Below, piece by piece: positions 39,819 through 54,720 of a stretch of 64,000 bases of DNA. The notes under the pieces were generated by a model. That model was not told the DNA's origin, ran no database searches, and saw only the letters and a list, made by a program, of their open reading frames with translations. The position numbers and the translations under genes are program-made. The DNA is taken from assembly GCA_951406725.2 (NCBI GenBank), contig OX597816.1:76012001-76076000 (forward strand), in the 5' to 3' direction. This stretch comes from Octopus vulgaris (lineage: Eukaryota). Position 1 is the stretch's first letter; every line of letters begins with the position of its first letter.

Positions 39819-41013
39819 TACAAGCAGCTGACATGGAATACGCTTGTCGTAGTTTGAAGCAGCAATCTTTCTGAATTTGTATGTCATCAAGCATTGGGGT
39901 GGATAAATTAACCCAATTATTTTACACTTCGGTGATGAGAAACATTACTTCATCAACAGGTGATGACACTATTGATTTATTTCCGGGGAGAGGTGAGAGA
40001 AAGTAAACAATTATATCGACCTTACTACAAGAATTGTGCTGGGAGTATTAAAGGAAAGGTCAATTCCGGAGGGGTTTGAACTCAGAAGGAAGTTAGAAGA
40101 ATAACTAAACAAATACCGCAAAACTTCTTAAATAGGCGTTCGATTCTCTCTTCATCCTCCGCTTACATTATGACAAAAGCACCAAGAACATCGAAAATAC
40201 AACGCAAACATGAACTCTTGCTGGTTAGAACTGAAAACAAGATTCACACCTTTTAGTCGGAGTGGACAGTTCTTTATATGATTCACGAAGTCATTTTATG
40301 CGATGTGTAAATATTTACAAACATTTTTCGTTATCAATCTTTGGTTAGCTAACAAAGAAATTCAATGGAGAAAACTAGACCATACGTCTCAGTTTTGCAG
40401 TGGCCACAAATGAATCAATATTTATTATAAAAATACAAATAATAATAGTAAAATAATAAATAAAAGAAACAAATAAAAATTTTAAAAATTGATGGAAGTG
40501 AGAAATGTTTTACCCAGGAGAGATATTTTGAAAAGTAATATTTTCTCTTGCTGCCTAAGGACTTGTGGTGCAATATTTTCTCTTGCCTAAATGAATGAGA
40601 CGTAGAAATTTTACGTTATGTAAAATTTTTCATAAATTTACAAATCTTCATAGCATGTCTCATTATGTTAAACATTTCGTTTACATCTTCGATGTTGTAC
40701 TATATGGTCCTAAAATTAATGCGTGACCACTGTTGGATTGTCTTTGATCACATGTCTGTTCGATCAAGGTTGACTAGTAGCTAAAAGGCAAAAAATCGAA
40801 GTGATACAAACAATAATTTAAAGCCTGTGCTATCATAGACTAAAGATTTTGTGCATGTGTGTGTGACTGTATTTGCGAGTGCCTATATATAAATTTACAT
40901 ACATACATACATAAATACATATATATATATATATACATAAATACATATATATATATATACATACACATACGTATATATATATATATACATACATACATAC
41001 ATACATACATACA

Positions 41014-41044
<31 letters not shown>

Positions 41045-41857
41045 GTGTGTGTGTATGGATGTGTGTATGTCTGTGTGTACTTTTGTATATGTTTGAACGT
41101 GTGTTAATGTAAGTATTTTTGCGCGCATGTGGTTCTGAGGTTAGAAATTTGTTTCAATATAAAAATAAAACGAAAATGTTTGTAAATTCAAATTTTATAC
41201 TTGAACATATCGGAACCAACAAATATATTTTTTACTGAATTTTTATCTTCTTTCAGTTATTGAACAGCAACCGTGCCGGGGCATGGACTTGAAAGGTTTC
41301 GTCAATCAAATCAATCGGTACCAGTAATTATTTTAAGTGTGATACAAATTCCACTGAATGATTTTTTGTACTCACATATATACTTACATATAGTGGAAGA
41401 GTAGTTCTTTTAGACATATATTGGAAACAAGGCTAGGAAAGAAGTTGATATTTTATTTTCAAATCTAATTGTACGTGCATGTGTGTGTGCGTCTGCGCGC
41501 ACGCACACACATAGAGGTAGAACAACGACTTCCGACTTTCCAGATACTGACGGCTTATCCTCTTTTAATCTGCACTAATGCACGAGCAGGAACTAATTCC
41601 AGCGGGCGCCAGACTAGTTTGTAGGCACCTTGCACAGACTTGCACATTACATAGTGCAGGATTAATAAAACTTGTAACATTTATACTAGTGTTCAGGTAC
41701 CTGTATTTCATTTAATCATGTAAGTAAATTTAATAGTTTAATTTACTGTGTTGACTAAAGTGACAAACCCTGGTTCGGAAAACAACCTGTAACTCGGAAT
41801 GGCTTTGGAATGAAACGTTCCGGAAATTCGATGTTGTACCTGCATATATTACATATA

Positions 41858-43415
41858 CACTGCATCCTACATTATTAGGCAAATCAAACATCTCTCAATA
41901 AATAAATGTATATTCGTTCAAAACCAGTTGTTTTCCCACTGACCGTTGGCAACACCTATCTGCGCATATTCTGTTAAAATAAATCGTATCTGCTAAGATG
42001 AAAACAAACGACAGCCATTATCGTGTAGCAGCAACATTTTTGCTGTCCCAAATTATTAGGCAGGTGCCCAATTTAAGTGTCATTATGGGTCAGAAACGTG
42101 ATCGTACTTCGAATGAGAATTCTATCGTTGTGTCAGAGCTTGCAAAAGGAAAACAACCATAAAAATATCAAAAATACTGGGAAGACATCACTGAACAGTG
42201 AAGAAATTTGTGCAGTCTCCTATTTCTGTTGGGTCGAGGACAGATAAGGGTAAATCGAGGGTTGCTTAGAATCGTACTTTGTCACGTGGGAAAACGGAAG
42301 CTGTGCGTAATCCATGTATGACAAGCAGAGACGTCTTTAAACGTCGTGGCAGGGAAGACGTATCGAAAACTAGTGTCACCTTTTGAAGCAGGTAGCCAGG
42401 TATGTTAAACCTGTTACAAGTCCCCACCCCCACCCCCTCTGAAGGCTGTTCATAAGCAGAAGTGATTGAGATGGCCAGAAGAATACAGATCTATTCACTG
42501 ACGAAAGTCATGCTACCCTTGACGGACCAGATGGCTAGAGTAAATCAATCAGCGGGAACCGTCCTCATCGTTTCAGACGTCAACAAGAATGGGGTTGGGG
42601 AGGTGGGATCATTTTGGGGGCTGGTATGACTCGGGCCATGGAAAGTCCCAGATGGCATTAAGATGACATCGGAAACATATGTTACCTTCTTAAAAGACAA
42701 TTTCGAACCGTGGTTCAAAAAGCAAAAACTTTCATTCAAGAGAAAGCTGGTCTTCATGCAAGATAATGCCCCATCTCATACAGCAAAGAATTCTAGGGAA
42801 TACCTACAGCAAACAGGCTTATCTGGAGGTCGTTTGATGTAGTGGTCACCTTGCTCTCCTGACTTAAACCCGTTCGAGAACCTGCAGAGCGTCCTGACGA
42901 GGCGTGTTTACCAAGATGGTAAAGTTGTCAAGTAAAGTTGTCATCTGGAATGCTATTGTAGATGCTACTCAAAACATGGTACAAGAGGATATCACTATGG
43001 CAAATTCAATGGATCAGCGCGTAAGGAAGGGTATGTCATGTGGAGGATCGTACATCAAACATTAGGAACCGTATGACATTGTAATACCATGATTATTTTC
43101 ATTCGAACGTACTATGTTTACCATTAAGTCCTTTATGAATAAATTTTTTTGTTAAACCTTTACTGTTGAATTAAAGAAATATTTGTTCTGACACAATTAT
43201 CATTTTTATTATACTTGCCTAATAATTTGTGACGGGGAAAATGTTGCCCAATCACAAAAAATGGTCGCCATTTATTGGCGTCTGCGCAGATACGGTGTAT
43301 TTTAACAGAATATGCGCAGACAAGTGTTGCTAACAGTGGGTAAACAACTGGTTTCGAACGAATATGCATTTATTCATTGAGAGAAAGTTGATTTGCCTAA
43401 TAATGTAGGAAGCTG
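41858..43415 (+). mobile_element. Near-full-length Tc1-like DD37E (TRT-type) transposon with long IR/DR TIRs, inactive
   Basis: ~210-bp TIRs, each carrying attattaggca twice. The transposase runs 42085-43065 (MGQKRD..., FTDESHATLDGPDG, FMQDNAPSH-[37 codons]-E) with stops and frameshifts. Confidence 0.9.
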
Positions 43416-43599
43416 TATATATAGACTTACATATAGGAAGGCAGTTATAACTGTCTTAGATTATTGTAATTTTACCATCTCATTACTATATGTCTAATAA
43501 GTTGACCTGCTAACTGTTATTCCACATTGAAGGTGAATTCTGCAACAGCACTTTGAACACATCCTGTTAAATACTGCTTGTCACAGTTAATTAGTTTTC

Positions 43600-44290
43600 A
43601 GAATGCAGGCAGGAAGTCTGGAAGCTCGCCATGTAATATTGTTTACGTTAAACTGGACAAAAAAACGCAACAGAAACTTGTAAAACGCTCCAGACTATTT
43701 ATGGACTAACTTTTTCGCTAGTAGAGGAGATTCAAGTACGGTAGAGAGGAGGTGAGAGACGATAGGAAGTGTGGAAGAGATAGAGGGACATCAGAACATC
43801 AGTGCTTATTAAGAAAATATGTAATTTTCTTTATGAAGACCATCGTGTGTCGATAAAAATAATAAGCAAAGACTTTGGAATTGGTATAGTAATCGTACAC
43901 AGAATTATTCACGAAGATCTGAACATACGTAAAATTTGGGCAAAGTTTGTTTCCAGAGTGGTCAGTGATGAGCATCCTAGTAACTAACTACTTGACAGAG
44001 ATGAGTATCAGAACTGTCACTCATCTTCCGTACAGTCTAGACCTGGTTGTTTTCTGAGCTGAAGGAGAACTTTAGAGGCAGTAGTTTCGAAGACGGCGGA
44101 GGCTGTGACAAGGGTTCTGGACACCTTCGTTGTGAAAGACATCCAGTGGGGCCTTCAAGAAGTAGCTGAAGTGTCACAACCAGTACATTGAAATCAAAGG
44201 TTCCGACTTTGAAGGAGATTAGAGTTTTGTACTTTGAAATTAATAAATGTCTCGCCTGCAAAAGTCTGGAAACTTCTGGAATGCATAGTG
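43600..44290 (+). mobile_element. Internally deleted mariner
   Basis: EDHRVSI...IVHRIIHEDLNIRKIWAKFV, HLPYSLDL and ..EIKGSDFEGD*, followed by a TIR-like aaaagtctggaaactt. Confidence 0.75.
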
Positions 44291-44495
44291 TATAGAAGTC
44301 TGTTAGTCTCTTAGTATTCCGAGAGTGAAAATTGTAAAAAAAGAACTAGTACATCGGGATAGGGTTATATAAATTTGTATCATCAGATTCACTGCAAGAA
44401 TAAGTAAACATTTTCAGATCTAATTCCCCAGGCTTGTCGTTTTTTCAACACACAAACGTACGCGCGCGTATATGTATATGTATGTGTTATATATA

Positions 44496-44983
44496 TCTAT
44501 ATATATAAAACTGTAGTTGTGTGAGTGTCTGTCCCCTTCGATTTAGATTCCTAACTCCTCCCACATTTTGCGGTGCAGTTTAACCAAATTCGGGTATCTT
44601 ATAGTCGTGATTAATATCGAGCCCGTCTGGCTATTAGCGCGCGTCTACGATGAGTCTACGATTTTAAAAATAATTTAACATCATTTTTAATTCCATTTGA
44701 ATGCATAATTTTTCGTGTGTCGATGGCGGCGGAGTTGGCGTCCACGCTCAAACACCTGCACCTGTGTTTGCTTCTCCCCCTTCTTCCCTATCTCGTGAAG
44801 CTGTGGGGAAGGGAGTTTAAGGAAATCAACGTCGTAAAGCGTTGTCAAGGAGACCAGCGTTCTTTTAGAACAACGACTTCATGGCTTGAAGACACCAAAA
44901 CAGAAATGGAAGTAACTCTCTAAAAAAATGCTTATATAGTTATTTCCCTTACAAACCCGAGCAACGCCGGGCGATACTGCCAG
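44496..44983 (+). mobile_element. Non-autonomous Helitron
   Basis: A|TCtatatatataaaa...cccgagcaacgccggg...CCAG|T. The last ~70 bp are shared with 38677-38750. Confidence 0.85.
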
Positions 44984-47909
44984 TATATATATATGTTTAC
45001 ACAAACCCTTCTTACACTGTGTCGCATTGATTTCTACTGAGAATTACTTCAGGGATACACACATATGTGTAATAGTCAGTCATTTATACGCTGTCAAGAA
45101 CCTGGTAGTATCGTTGATTGACAAGTGAAAAAATTTACTAGATATATTTATTACACACATGCACACTCTGGCCTTCTCTGCTTCTCTCCGTCTGTCTGTC
45201 TATCTGTCTGTTTTTCTCACTTACATACGCACACATATAGATGGTTGTTTGTGTAAGTGTGTGTGTGTATGTGTGTGTCTGTAATATGGTCCACTGTATA
45301 TACATAGATCTAGAATACATTCATATATATGCTTACAAAAATTCTTACAAAACATACACAAAGTGTCACGCAATATAACAAAACAGACGGAAATATAAAA
45401 ACCAACAAATGCCATTAAACTCTTGTCATTGAAAAGGAAAAGGATAAATGGATAGTAAAAACATATAATACACACGAGATTTTCTATCTGGCTCGGTGTT
45501 AAGTTTCTAAATTTATCAGTAGAAACAATTGTTATTCTACTCTAAAGCTTAAATGTTAGTGCTCTAAAAAATTCCTGTTACTCGCGATGTATTTATTTCG
45601 ATCTCGACGCCTACTTCACTTAACGTCCTCTATGAGATTGTATACCAATCTACTTCAAACATTAATGTATGTATCACTTATTTGTTTCATTGTAGCAGAC
45701 TCTTCGCTGTTTTGAATCATCTTATTATTCACTGTTTCACTCACCCTGTTAAAGGCAATGTCACTAAAGTGCTCCTCTCACCTTGTTTTGCAGTGCTACA
45801 TTCATCATTTTATCCGATGTTTCTCTCAACTAGTTTTACGGTGCTCAGCTTATCTTGGTATACAGCCATCCGCTCCTTTTACCATGATGCTACGAGTGAA
45901 AGCACTAATGCTGTAATACAGTGCTCCTTTCCTATTATTATACGGCACCCCCTCTCAACTTGCTATACCTTTCAACCCTTGTTATAAGATGTGTCACTAA
46001 TGTTATACGATGCTCCGCTCATTTTGCTATACGGTGCATCTCGCTTTTCTCTACTCCGCATAACTTATACGATGATATATATATTTTGTTATACAATACA
46101 CTGTACATCTTGCAATACATTATTCCATTCACTTTTTCATATTATATCTCTCTGCTTTTGTTATACTTCTACTACGCTGTATGGTACTGTGTGTCACTGT
46201 ATATTAGTATATAATTCTTTTGTTGACTAGCTACAAAGTTCATATATTTTTCAGGAAGTAAGGTGGTGGGTAGGGTCAGACAACTATGGTGGGGAGATAA
46301 CGAGGTATGTTTATTCTTTTTCCAAAAAATATTAGCAGATTAATAAAAGTGAGAGGGAGGGAAAAGAGTGGGAAGATTTAAAGATTTTAGAGTTCGATTA
46401 ACCCGAATGATATTCCACTTTACTTAGTGATCACCGATCTTACAGAATTCGAATCTACTGAAACCCACTGTGTTTCATTATTCATTAATTTTGCAAAGAT
46501 GTAAAAGATTTAAGGAGAAAACAAAAGGAAACATGCTAACGATTCAGCAGCAGATAAATAAGAGAAAAGCTATAAGGAAATAAGCAGGTAGCGAATTAAT
46601 TGCAAACGAAATAATCATGTGATTAGATAAAAGACAACGGTTAGGCCCGAAGGGATTCAGTAAGACAGATGTCGTGTTACTTATTGTTTTTATCTTTGCA
46701 TTGGTTAGAATGTGAGAACATCATTTAATTATTTCAGTTTCTTGCATCACGTTACCGCCAATGAACCGATGGTGGTGGAAGCGATTAAGTTCACGAAAGC
46801 AAGCCTATTGTATATATGTATGCTTATGTATATGTGCGTACAGCCTCTCATCTGCTGTATCTGGAACAAAGTTGACTCAAAATCGTAAAAATAATGAGAA
46901 ATAAAAACGAATTTTCCAAGTACCATATGAAATAGTTATATTTTATTTTTGTGATGAAGTCGTAACACCTACCTTTATTATGTGGCAACGTTTTATAATA
47001 TGTTATAAATATCATCTCATCTATATTTCCACCATCCTATGTCTCTAGCACGCTATCCTACGGGACTTTCGTCTCCTCTGATCCAACTCAGCTACTTCTC
47101 AGATCTTCTATGAACATCATTTCCCTTCCTTCAGATGCAATCTCAGTCTGTATCACAATCCTCCCCCGCCAAACAATCTTGATCACTTTTCCTACTGCAA
47201 CCTACATTGCAACACTTCTCCTAGCATGCAGGAAATCAATACCTTATACGGACCTGCTATATTGTGCCTTTAGATTTTTGTTATTGTTGTTGTTGGTTTA
47301 GCATTGGTCAGCTCTATGTGAGCGTATCTATAATCAAAGGCATTCATGATTTGATCTTCACATCTTTACGATATAGTATAAACAAGGGTACATTATTCTT
47401 GATGTATATAACACCGGTCTCTGTGATAATGGTAAGGTGTGATTTGAAGGAGAATTTGACTTCTTAAAACGGTATCGTGCTATTTCATTTGAGGAAGATT
47501 TGGTTGCTATTGCCAGTAAGTAGATCAACTACATAGAGGTTACCCTGTTACTTCGTTATCTTTATGCCATTATACTTGTAATAGTAATTATACTAAAATC
47601 TGACTGGACATACCAGAGTTTTCAAGGAAGCATGAAATTCCAACTGAAATTCAGCACTTGAGCTAGCTATAATTATCTTGACCTAAATAAGAGGTAATAA
47701 ATGAAGTGGCATGATCTTTGAAAACGTCAAACAAATTAACTGTAATGGTAATGTTTGCATTTTATTCACGATAAGGAACTAATTCCATTTAAAGCTATTT
47801 TCTGTTCTTACCTCAGAATAACAGTGAGGTTATCATCGTTAGGTCTTCTTCAGACAAGGCGTCGAACGAATGTTTTGTCATCATGTGTGACTGCAGGAAT
47901 TTGAAAAGT

Positions 47910-47951
<42 letters not shown>

Positions 47952-48253
47952 AATGGTTTCAACTTTTGCCACAAGGGCAGCAATTTTAGGGGAGGGGATG
48001 AGTCGATTCAACCCAGTGTTGAACTGGCACTTATTATGTTAGAGAAAAGCGTATAGCAAAATGAGGGGAGCATCGTATAACAAAACATTAGTGACGCATC
48101 GTATAACAAGGGTTGCAAGGTATGGCAACCTGTCTGTACGAGATATTTCAGGATGATTACTGCAGCCGACACGTCGAGGTTATGTTGGATGTGTAAATGA
48201 AGATATATATGATTGACCGCTAACTCTAAAAGTATATATATATATATATATAC

Positions 48254-48297
<44 letters not shown>

Positions 48298-48299
<2 letters not shown>

Positions 48300-48412
48300 A
48301 CGGGAAGCTTTATGAAAATAGACAAAAGACGAAGGCAGGTGGAAAACAAACAAACAATTGTATTAGTATGGCGCTCAGGAAATATAAATAAAACAAGTCT
48401 TTAACGTTTCGA
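48298..48412 (-). repeat. PLE-type terminal fragment starting at a hammerhead 3' half
   Basis: Minus strand begins tc-GAAACGTT-aaagac, embedded between TA runs. Confidence 0.45.
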
Positions 48413-50177
48413 TATATATATATATATATGTAGAAGGTTGAAAAGTAACACACGCGTTGATATGTATAAGGAAAATCGGACAAGGTAGAAAATGATAAAT
48501 AATTTTATCGTGAAGTACATTTTAGTACCGGTTTCAAACTTTGCGACTTTTTCAACTTTGAGTTGTATAGATATAAATATATTCATAATATATTTACAAG
48601 TATAGTTTACCCACTAGAATCATTATAAACATTTAACGCTGCCAGAAATTGAACTCTCTCATAGACAGTATTTTTCTTTAGGCATCAAACTTTAGAAATT
48701 TATGCTAAATCCCCTTCGCTTGTACCTCACTAGTCGGGGGTGGATTGTAAAGTTTATGAGCGTACCACCGATGGAATCAATCACATTATTGAAGTTAATA
48801 AGATTGGTAACAAAATAGGAGATGATATTTCAGGCTGCGTCTTTCTTCGAATTTTATTACGTTTTGCCGATAGATACCACAATTAATAGTTTTATTCAGA
48901 CTCTGGTTTCTATTTGTATCAATGCTCATGTTTACTTTAAATTAACGCTGTTAATACGATTAGATCATGTTCTTTATGACATGGTAACGAAGTTTTTCTT
49001 TGAATCACAGATTGTTTCTCTCTAGAATTTGATATTGTTTGAGTTTTAGAATATTCTTCTTATAAAACCATTACTTTAATTAGTCTATTGTGCAAGCTAT
49101 GAGAGAATTTTTTCTCTCTCTGTGTAGAAGAAATATCATAATAGCAAATTTAGTGGTTAACAGCTAAATTCTTTTTGTATGCTGTTCAGCCATTGATTAA
49201 ATAATTTCGAAGTATAACTCTGCTGAGCTCACCTATACGATATTATGCACTTGGTCGTAAGATGGGATCAGTTGGACTCAACATTTCTTTTATCGCACAT
49301 AATTATTCAAGCACGATTACACACATATATACATTTCCAAACATTTGGGCATTCGTGTGGTGTTGAAAGCATGTCAATAAAACACTCATCAATTTGAAAG
49401 TGTTCCTATTGCTTACTTCTATACCAGTCTGTGATGAGGAAGATATGCACTGTAGCTAAAGTCATTGCACAACACCTGAGCAGTATACAAACAAACCGCC
49501 TTTCTTCGGTGAGTTGTACACTAACATATAAGTAAAAAGAAAAAAAAAACATAGCTATGGGTATCCACAAGGACAGTACTTTCTCAAAACATAATAAATA
49601 GATAAAAAGTGAAACGTACCGATCACAGCTGGACAGATTTATCAAGATCTTGAAGCCAGACTAGAATATTCGAAAAACGAATCCATACAGAGACGAAACA
49701 ATTTTCAATAACATTAATCTGATAAATGTTGTTTATTGTTTACAAAACTATATGCTTCACAGTCTTCAGATTTTTTTTGCATCGTTATTATAAACCTCAC
49801 ACAAAGACAATCGTAACTACCACCTTATACTTATACATTGATGCATTCATGCACATTGAAATAATTTGATTGACTTAGTAATATACAAATAATAAAATTA
49901 CGCAAATCAGTATAGAGACTAAAACAAATCCTACTTGCATTGGCTAGAAGTAAGTTTATGTAAATAGTGTAAGTATAAGTTACATATAGGAAGAGAATAG
50001 TATTGTTTAGAGAATAGAGTTGTATTGTTTATTATATAAACAATGTGCATATCTAAGTTGAAAATATAGAGTAGAAATGTATTGTAAGTTATATATATAT
50101 ATAGTTTTGTTATATTAAAGTTATAAATACAGATAAGAAGTGCATGTCAGTTATAAATACAGCTATAAATACAAGCA

Positions 50178-50724
50178 TCTGTATATATAAAAGGCAGGAT
50201 GTGTGTGTGTGTGTGTGTTTGTACGTGAATGTAGTTTATGCACGTCCACAAATTAGTACGCATGTCGCTTCAATTTTAGGAGAACATTCGTCACCACCCT
50301 ACCTGGGTTTTGTCAACTTATTTTTTCCAGAGGCACCAGCAGAGAGCAATAAAAATATATTTTCAACCATAACTTTTACCAATTCTGAAGTTTGCTAACA
50401 TGAGTTAAGTCCATTCTTACCATAGCAAGTGAAAATGTGTGTGTATGTGAGTATGTGTGTGTGATGGAGAGAGAGAAGTTGTGTGTTGATGTATATATGT
50501 GTGTGTGTGTGAGGGTGGGAGTGAAGTTGTGTGTTGATGCATGTGTGTGTGTGTGAGGGAGAGAGAAAAGTTGTGTGTTGATGTATATGTGTGTGTGTGT
50601 GTGAGGGAGAGAGAATATTTGACAGCGTCTAACAAAAGAAGTAAAGAAAAAGTATGTGTAAAAGAAAGGAGAGAGTTTGACAGCGTCTAACAAAAAAGGT
50701 AATGAAAAGTGGGAGGGAGACAAC

Positions 50725-50761
<37 letters not shown>

Positions 50762-51536
50762 TGACAGCGTTTATCAAAAATAAGAATGTAAAATGTTTTG
50801 TTTTTTTCTTAAACACGAGATATAGTCTTCAAATTTTGAATGATTTTGAAAGACACTGTATTTTATAATCAGATTATATATACTTTCTAACACAACAATT
50901 AAAATATATTTTAAATCATATATTTATTTTAAATCATTCATTACTTTGGGCGCGTCAACATAACTTCTTTGATTAAAGTTTTCATTTTACGACGAGGAAA
51001 AAAAGTGTTTTGTTGAGAATTCATTTATTTAACAACAAAGAAACAAAGAGGTAGGTAACAAATTGTCAGTGAATTACACAATATAAATGGGTACCATTTC
51101 CGAGGTTTCTACCACATCCCACCTCACCACGTTTTTCGGACCACAAACGGGTTTTGTAGCATATTAGGAGGCCAGAGTAGTTGATTCCACACAAGAAACC
51201 CGATTTATTTTTCTTAGTGAAAATCGTGCGAGTGTTAATTTACAAATTTTCCAACATTTTTTCCCTTCATTTCTGTTTATGAACATGTATACGTACAAAA
51301 AACATATATGCAATAGGTGTGTGTACGTACGTGTGTGTGTGTGTGTGTGCATGTGCGTGTTGCCCGTATATATTTATACTATTTATATTATATATATATA
51401 TATATATATAAACATAGACCAATTTCAACGGATTTCGCCCAAATTTCAGGCCGATGTTAGTTTGGTTTGAAATAAAGAACTTGATTAGCTTAATAATCCT
51501 AACTTAATCCCGGGCAAAGCCGGGTTATACTGCTAG
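50178..51536 (+). mobile_element. Non-autonomous Helitron (possibly composite) with internal minisatellite
   Basis: A|TCtgtatatataaaag start and cccgggcaaagccggg hairpin plus CTAG|T end. It contains ~45-bp repeats at 50460-50620. Confidence 0.65.
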
Positions 51537-51734
51537 TAGGTAATAAAAATTAAAGGCTAGTACGTGAGATGTTGGAAAATCAGATACACAGGCTTGAAGT
51601 GTGTAGAAATGTATTGTTGATTATAAGGATTCTGTTGTATGTTGTATACAGAAATGTAAGTTCAGTACTTCCCTAGGTGCAAACGGGGAGACTATTTCCA
51701 TTTATACATATATTCTAGGGATATACGTGAGTCA

Positions 51735-51784
<50 letters not shown>

Positions 51785-54408
51785 CATATATATATATATA
51801 TTAAAAACATGTAAGCGATACATTGACTGCAAAGTGTAATGTAAGTCACATACATATGCAGACTAAAGACTATGTAAGTTATATATACCAACTAGGGCTG
51901 TCATAAGTAATACGTACAAACTACTGCACATAATCTAAACATACAGACTAGAGGTTTATATAATCTCTCTATATATATAGACCAAAAAATGTGTATAATC
52001 TGTTTAATTAATTATAAATAAGTTTACATATGTTAGCTTAATTTTGACAAAGGAAATGTTCGGAGTCGCAATAATGTCGATGTATTCACTGGAAGAGAAT
52101 TTTTACAATAACTATTGGGACAATGTAAACCCAATTACACGCTCTTGGTAATCCTACAGTCCCCTGTCGAATCTAATCGAATTGTCCACGTGCTCATACA
52201 ACAGAGAAATATCTGCAGTTTTACCCAATGCATGTTTATTCAATATGCATTTGTCAACCTCTTAACAATTTACTACCTACACACATATAGAGTCTCAATA
52301 CTTTGGTTACGTCTTATAAGTTATACATACAGAAGCGAACGTCGTAGATATTTATTTCCTAGCGAGTAGTGGGTCTGTATTACGGATACGGTTCTTGATC
52401 GAAGTAATTTTAATCTAATTTATACAGCAAATTCCCTTGGATAAAATATCGCATTTTCGCCCAATTCTATTATAACAGAATGCTTAGGTATTAGAGGAAA
52501 CACTCACATAACAACAAATATAGTGAAAAATCAAACTTCAGTAGAAAACCATACCTTTGTAAACAAGGTGTTACTTGATTGAATATAAACCTCACAAAAC
52601 ACTACCTATATTTTTTCCTTGTCTTCCCTGCAAAATGAAAATAAAGGCACTTCGGTGACGTCTCAAAATGTAAGGATTTGCTACTTAACACCGGAAAGCA
52701 TTTATGTAACTTCCAACGTCTCTCCTACACCACTGTCAACCACAAAGTCAATTGTAACAAAATACAAAATATTTAATTAAAATAGCGTTAAAGCATAATG
52801 TTTCCCTCTGAGCTGAGTCAACATAATTTCTTTGATTAAAGTTTGTAGCTGCTTCATGAGAAACCTATGAACATCGTAAGTTTTCATTTTCTCTCGACCT
52901 AAACTGTACTTTTACCCGCCAAAAGAAATTTTTCATATGGTTTGCATATCAGTGACAGGTTGGTGCAAGTAGTGTAGCGCTTGACTACTCATTTCATTTT
53001 TGAATCGGCTTTAAGCCAGTTATGATAGAAATGGATGTTAGCAATTCGTCCTGTGAATAATTTATTACGGCCAATCCCGTATCAACCTGTGCTCAGCAAA
53101 GCAAGTTAACATTTATCAATGTTAAAGAGCTGCCGCAGCTCACACCGGAGATCTATCCTTGTCATGTCATTTACTTTCAGCCTCGTGGGTTTGTCTCTCG
53201 AGATGAAAATAAGTCGATTATGCTTTTAGCCCTGAGCTGAAGATCGCATTCGAATCGTTGACGTCTGAATAGTTTGTCTGGCATACTATCTTCAAATCAT
53301 GTACCACACACAAAAAACACGCTAAATGCCTTACCACTGTAAGAAATTTAGTATGATATAGAGAGTTCATGTACATTCTAAGTTCAAAACCTGTCGAGTA
53401 CAGGTTTTTCTTTGTCTAGTGTATATGAAAGAAGTACTGATAATGTATTCCTGTCAGTTTATTTGATTATAAATCTCCTGAAATGATTGGCTGTCTGAAT
53501 ACGGAAGAAAAAATCAGCATATGTCGAAATCAGTGTAAACTGAGCTGACCTATAGGCATTTCGCTTGAAGTCTGAAGCTTTGAAATGACAAAATATTCAG
53601 CATATGTATATACGAACGGAAACTCCAAACGCCAAACAACAAAAGCAACTTACAGTTTTTGCTGAAAATTTCACATTTTACTAACCTTTAGGGCAGCATT
53701 TATGAGAATGTGATTAATGAAACAAACAGCAATACAAAACTCTTGCTGAGAAAGATTATCCAGATGCTAAAAGCTACATAAAATTATTCATACACATACC
53801 AAAATATGTACTACGTTTCAATTTGATCCACAATTATTTGTTTTTGTTTTAAATACATTCTACTTTATACATGTTATCTGTTTTAATTTTGTCTTCATAC
53901 ATATCTAGGGAAAATCAGCTTTACTGAGACAAAGTTGTATCCATGAACCAAAGGTAGTGATAGAATATGGAGTCCTAACTTACTGGCTGGTTGTGCAGTA
54001 CAAGATTGATACAGCTGCCTGGGTTCTAATCCTGGTAATACAATAAATGAAATATCGTCTCGGTATTAATAATTTCACAATCACTCAGGCATAGTTGCCA
54101 CTGTATAGTAGCAAGCCGAGACTGTGAAGCAGTTTCATTACCGCATTCAAGTTAATTAACTTGACTTATTTGATAATCCTGAAGAAGGCATAAAACCAAG
54201 TGTATTCACCTTTTAAAATTTAAGGGTTTCCCGAACTAGTTAAAACGAATTATACAGTGGTAAGTTTTAGTTGTTTAACCCAGATCATCCTTGATCCAGC
54301 CGATCTTCGATTAAAGGTGTTCCATCTGTCAACAGTCACGTATTTTATTGGTGTCATACTTTATCGGGGACTATATTTACCAATGTGTCATGATTTCTTT
54401 CTCAGTGA

Positions 54409-54720
54409 AGGCGCATGGCTTAGTGATTAGAGCGTCGTTAGGTTGTGAGTTCAAATCCCGGACCGGGCAGCGTTTTGTGTTCTTGAGCAAGACACTTTAT
54501 TTCACGTTGCTCCAGTTCACTCAGCTGTAGAAATGAGTTGCGACGACACAGGTGCCAAGCTGTATCGTACTTTCCCTTGGATAACACTGGTGGTGTGGAG
54601 ACGGAAGGTCGGTATGCATGGGCGACTGCTTGTCTTCCATAAACAACCTTTCCCGGATGTGTGTCTGGGAGGGTAACTTTCTAGGTGCAATCCCTTGGTC
54701 AGTCATGATCGAAGGGGGGC
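54409..54720 (+). mobile_element. tRNA-derived SINE, family C (related copies at 35770-35967 - and 60645-60810 +)
   Basis: ggcgcatggcttagtg A box, gagttcaaatccc B box, and gtgttcttgagcaagacactt...cactcagctgtag core. Confidence 0.75.

Noticed and set aside
48480-49720. Possible highly degraded PLE endonuclease with GAAACCGGTA half-site
   Set aside because: Too decayed to delimit or translate reliably, so it is counted only as a half motif.
53980-54200. B-box-like gggttctaatcc followed by cctgaagaagg (possible second tRNA-HHR element)
   Set aside because: No GAAA/UH half or stems could be found.
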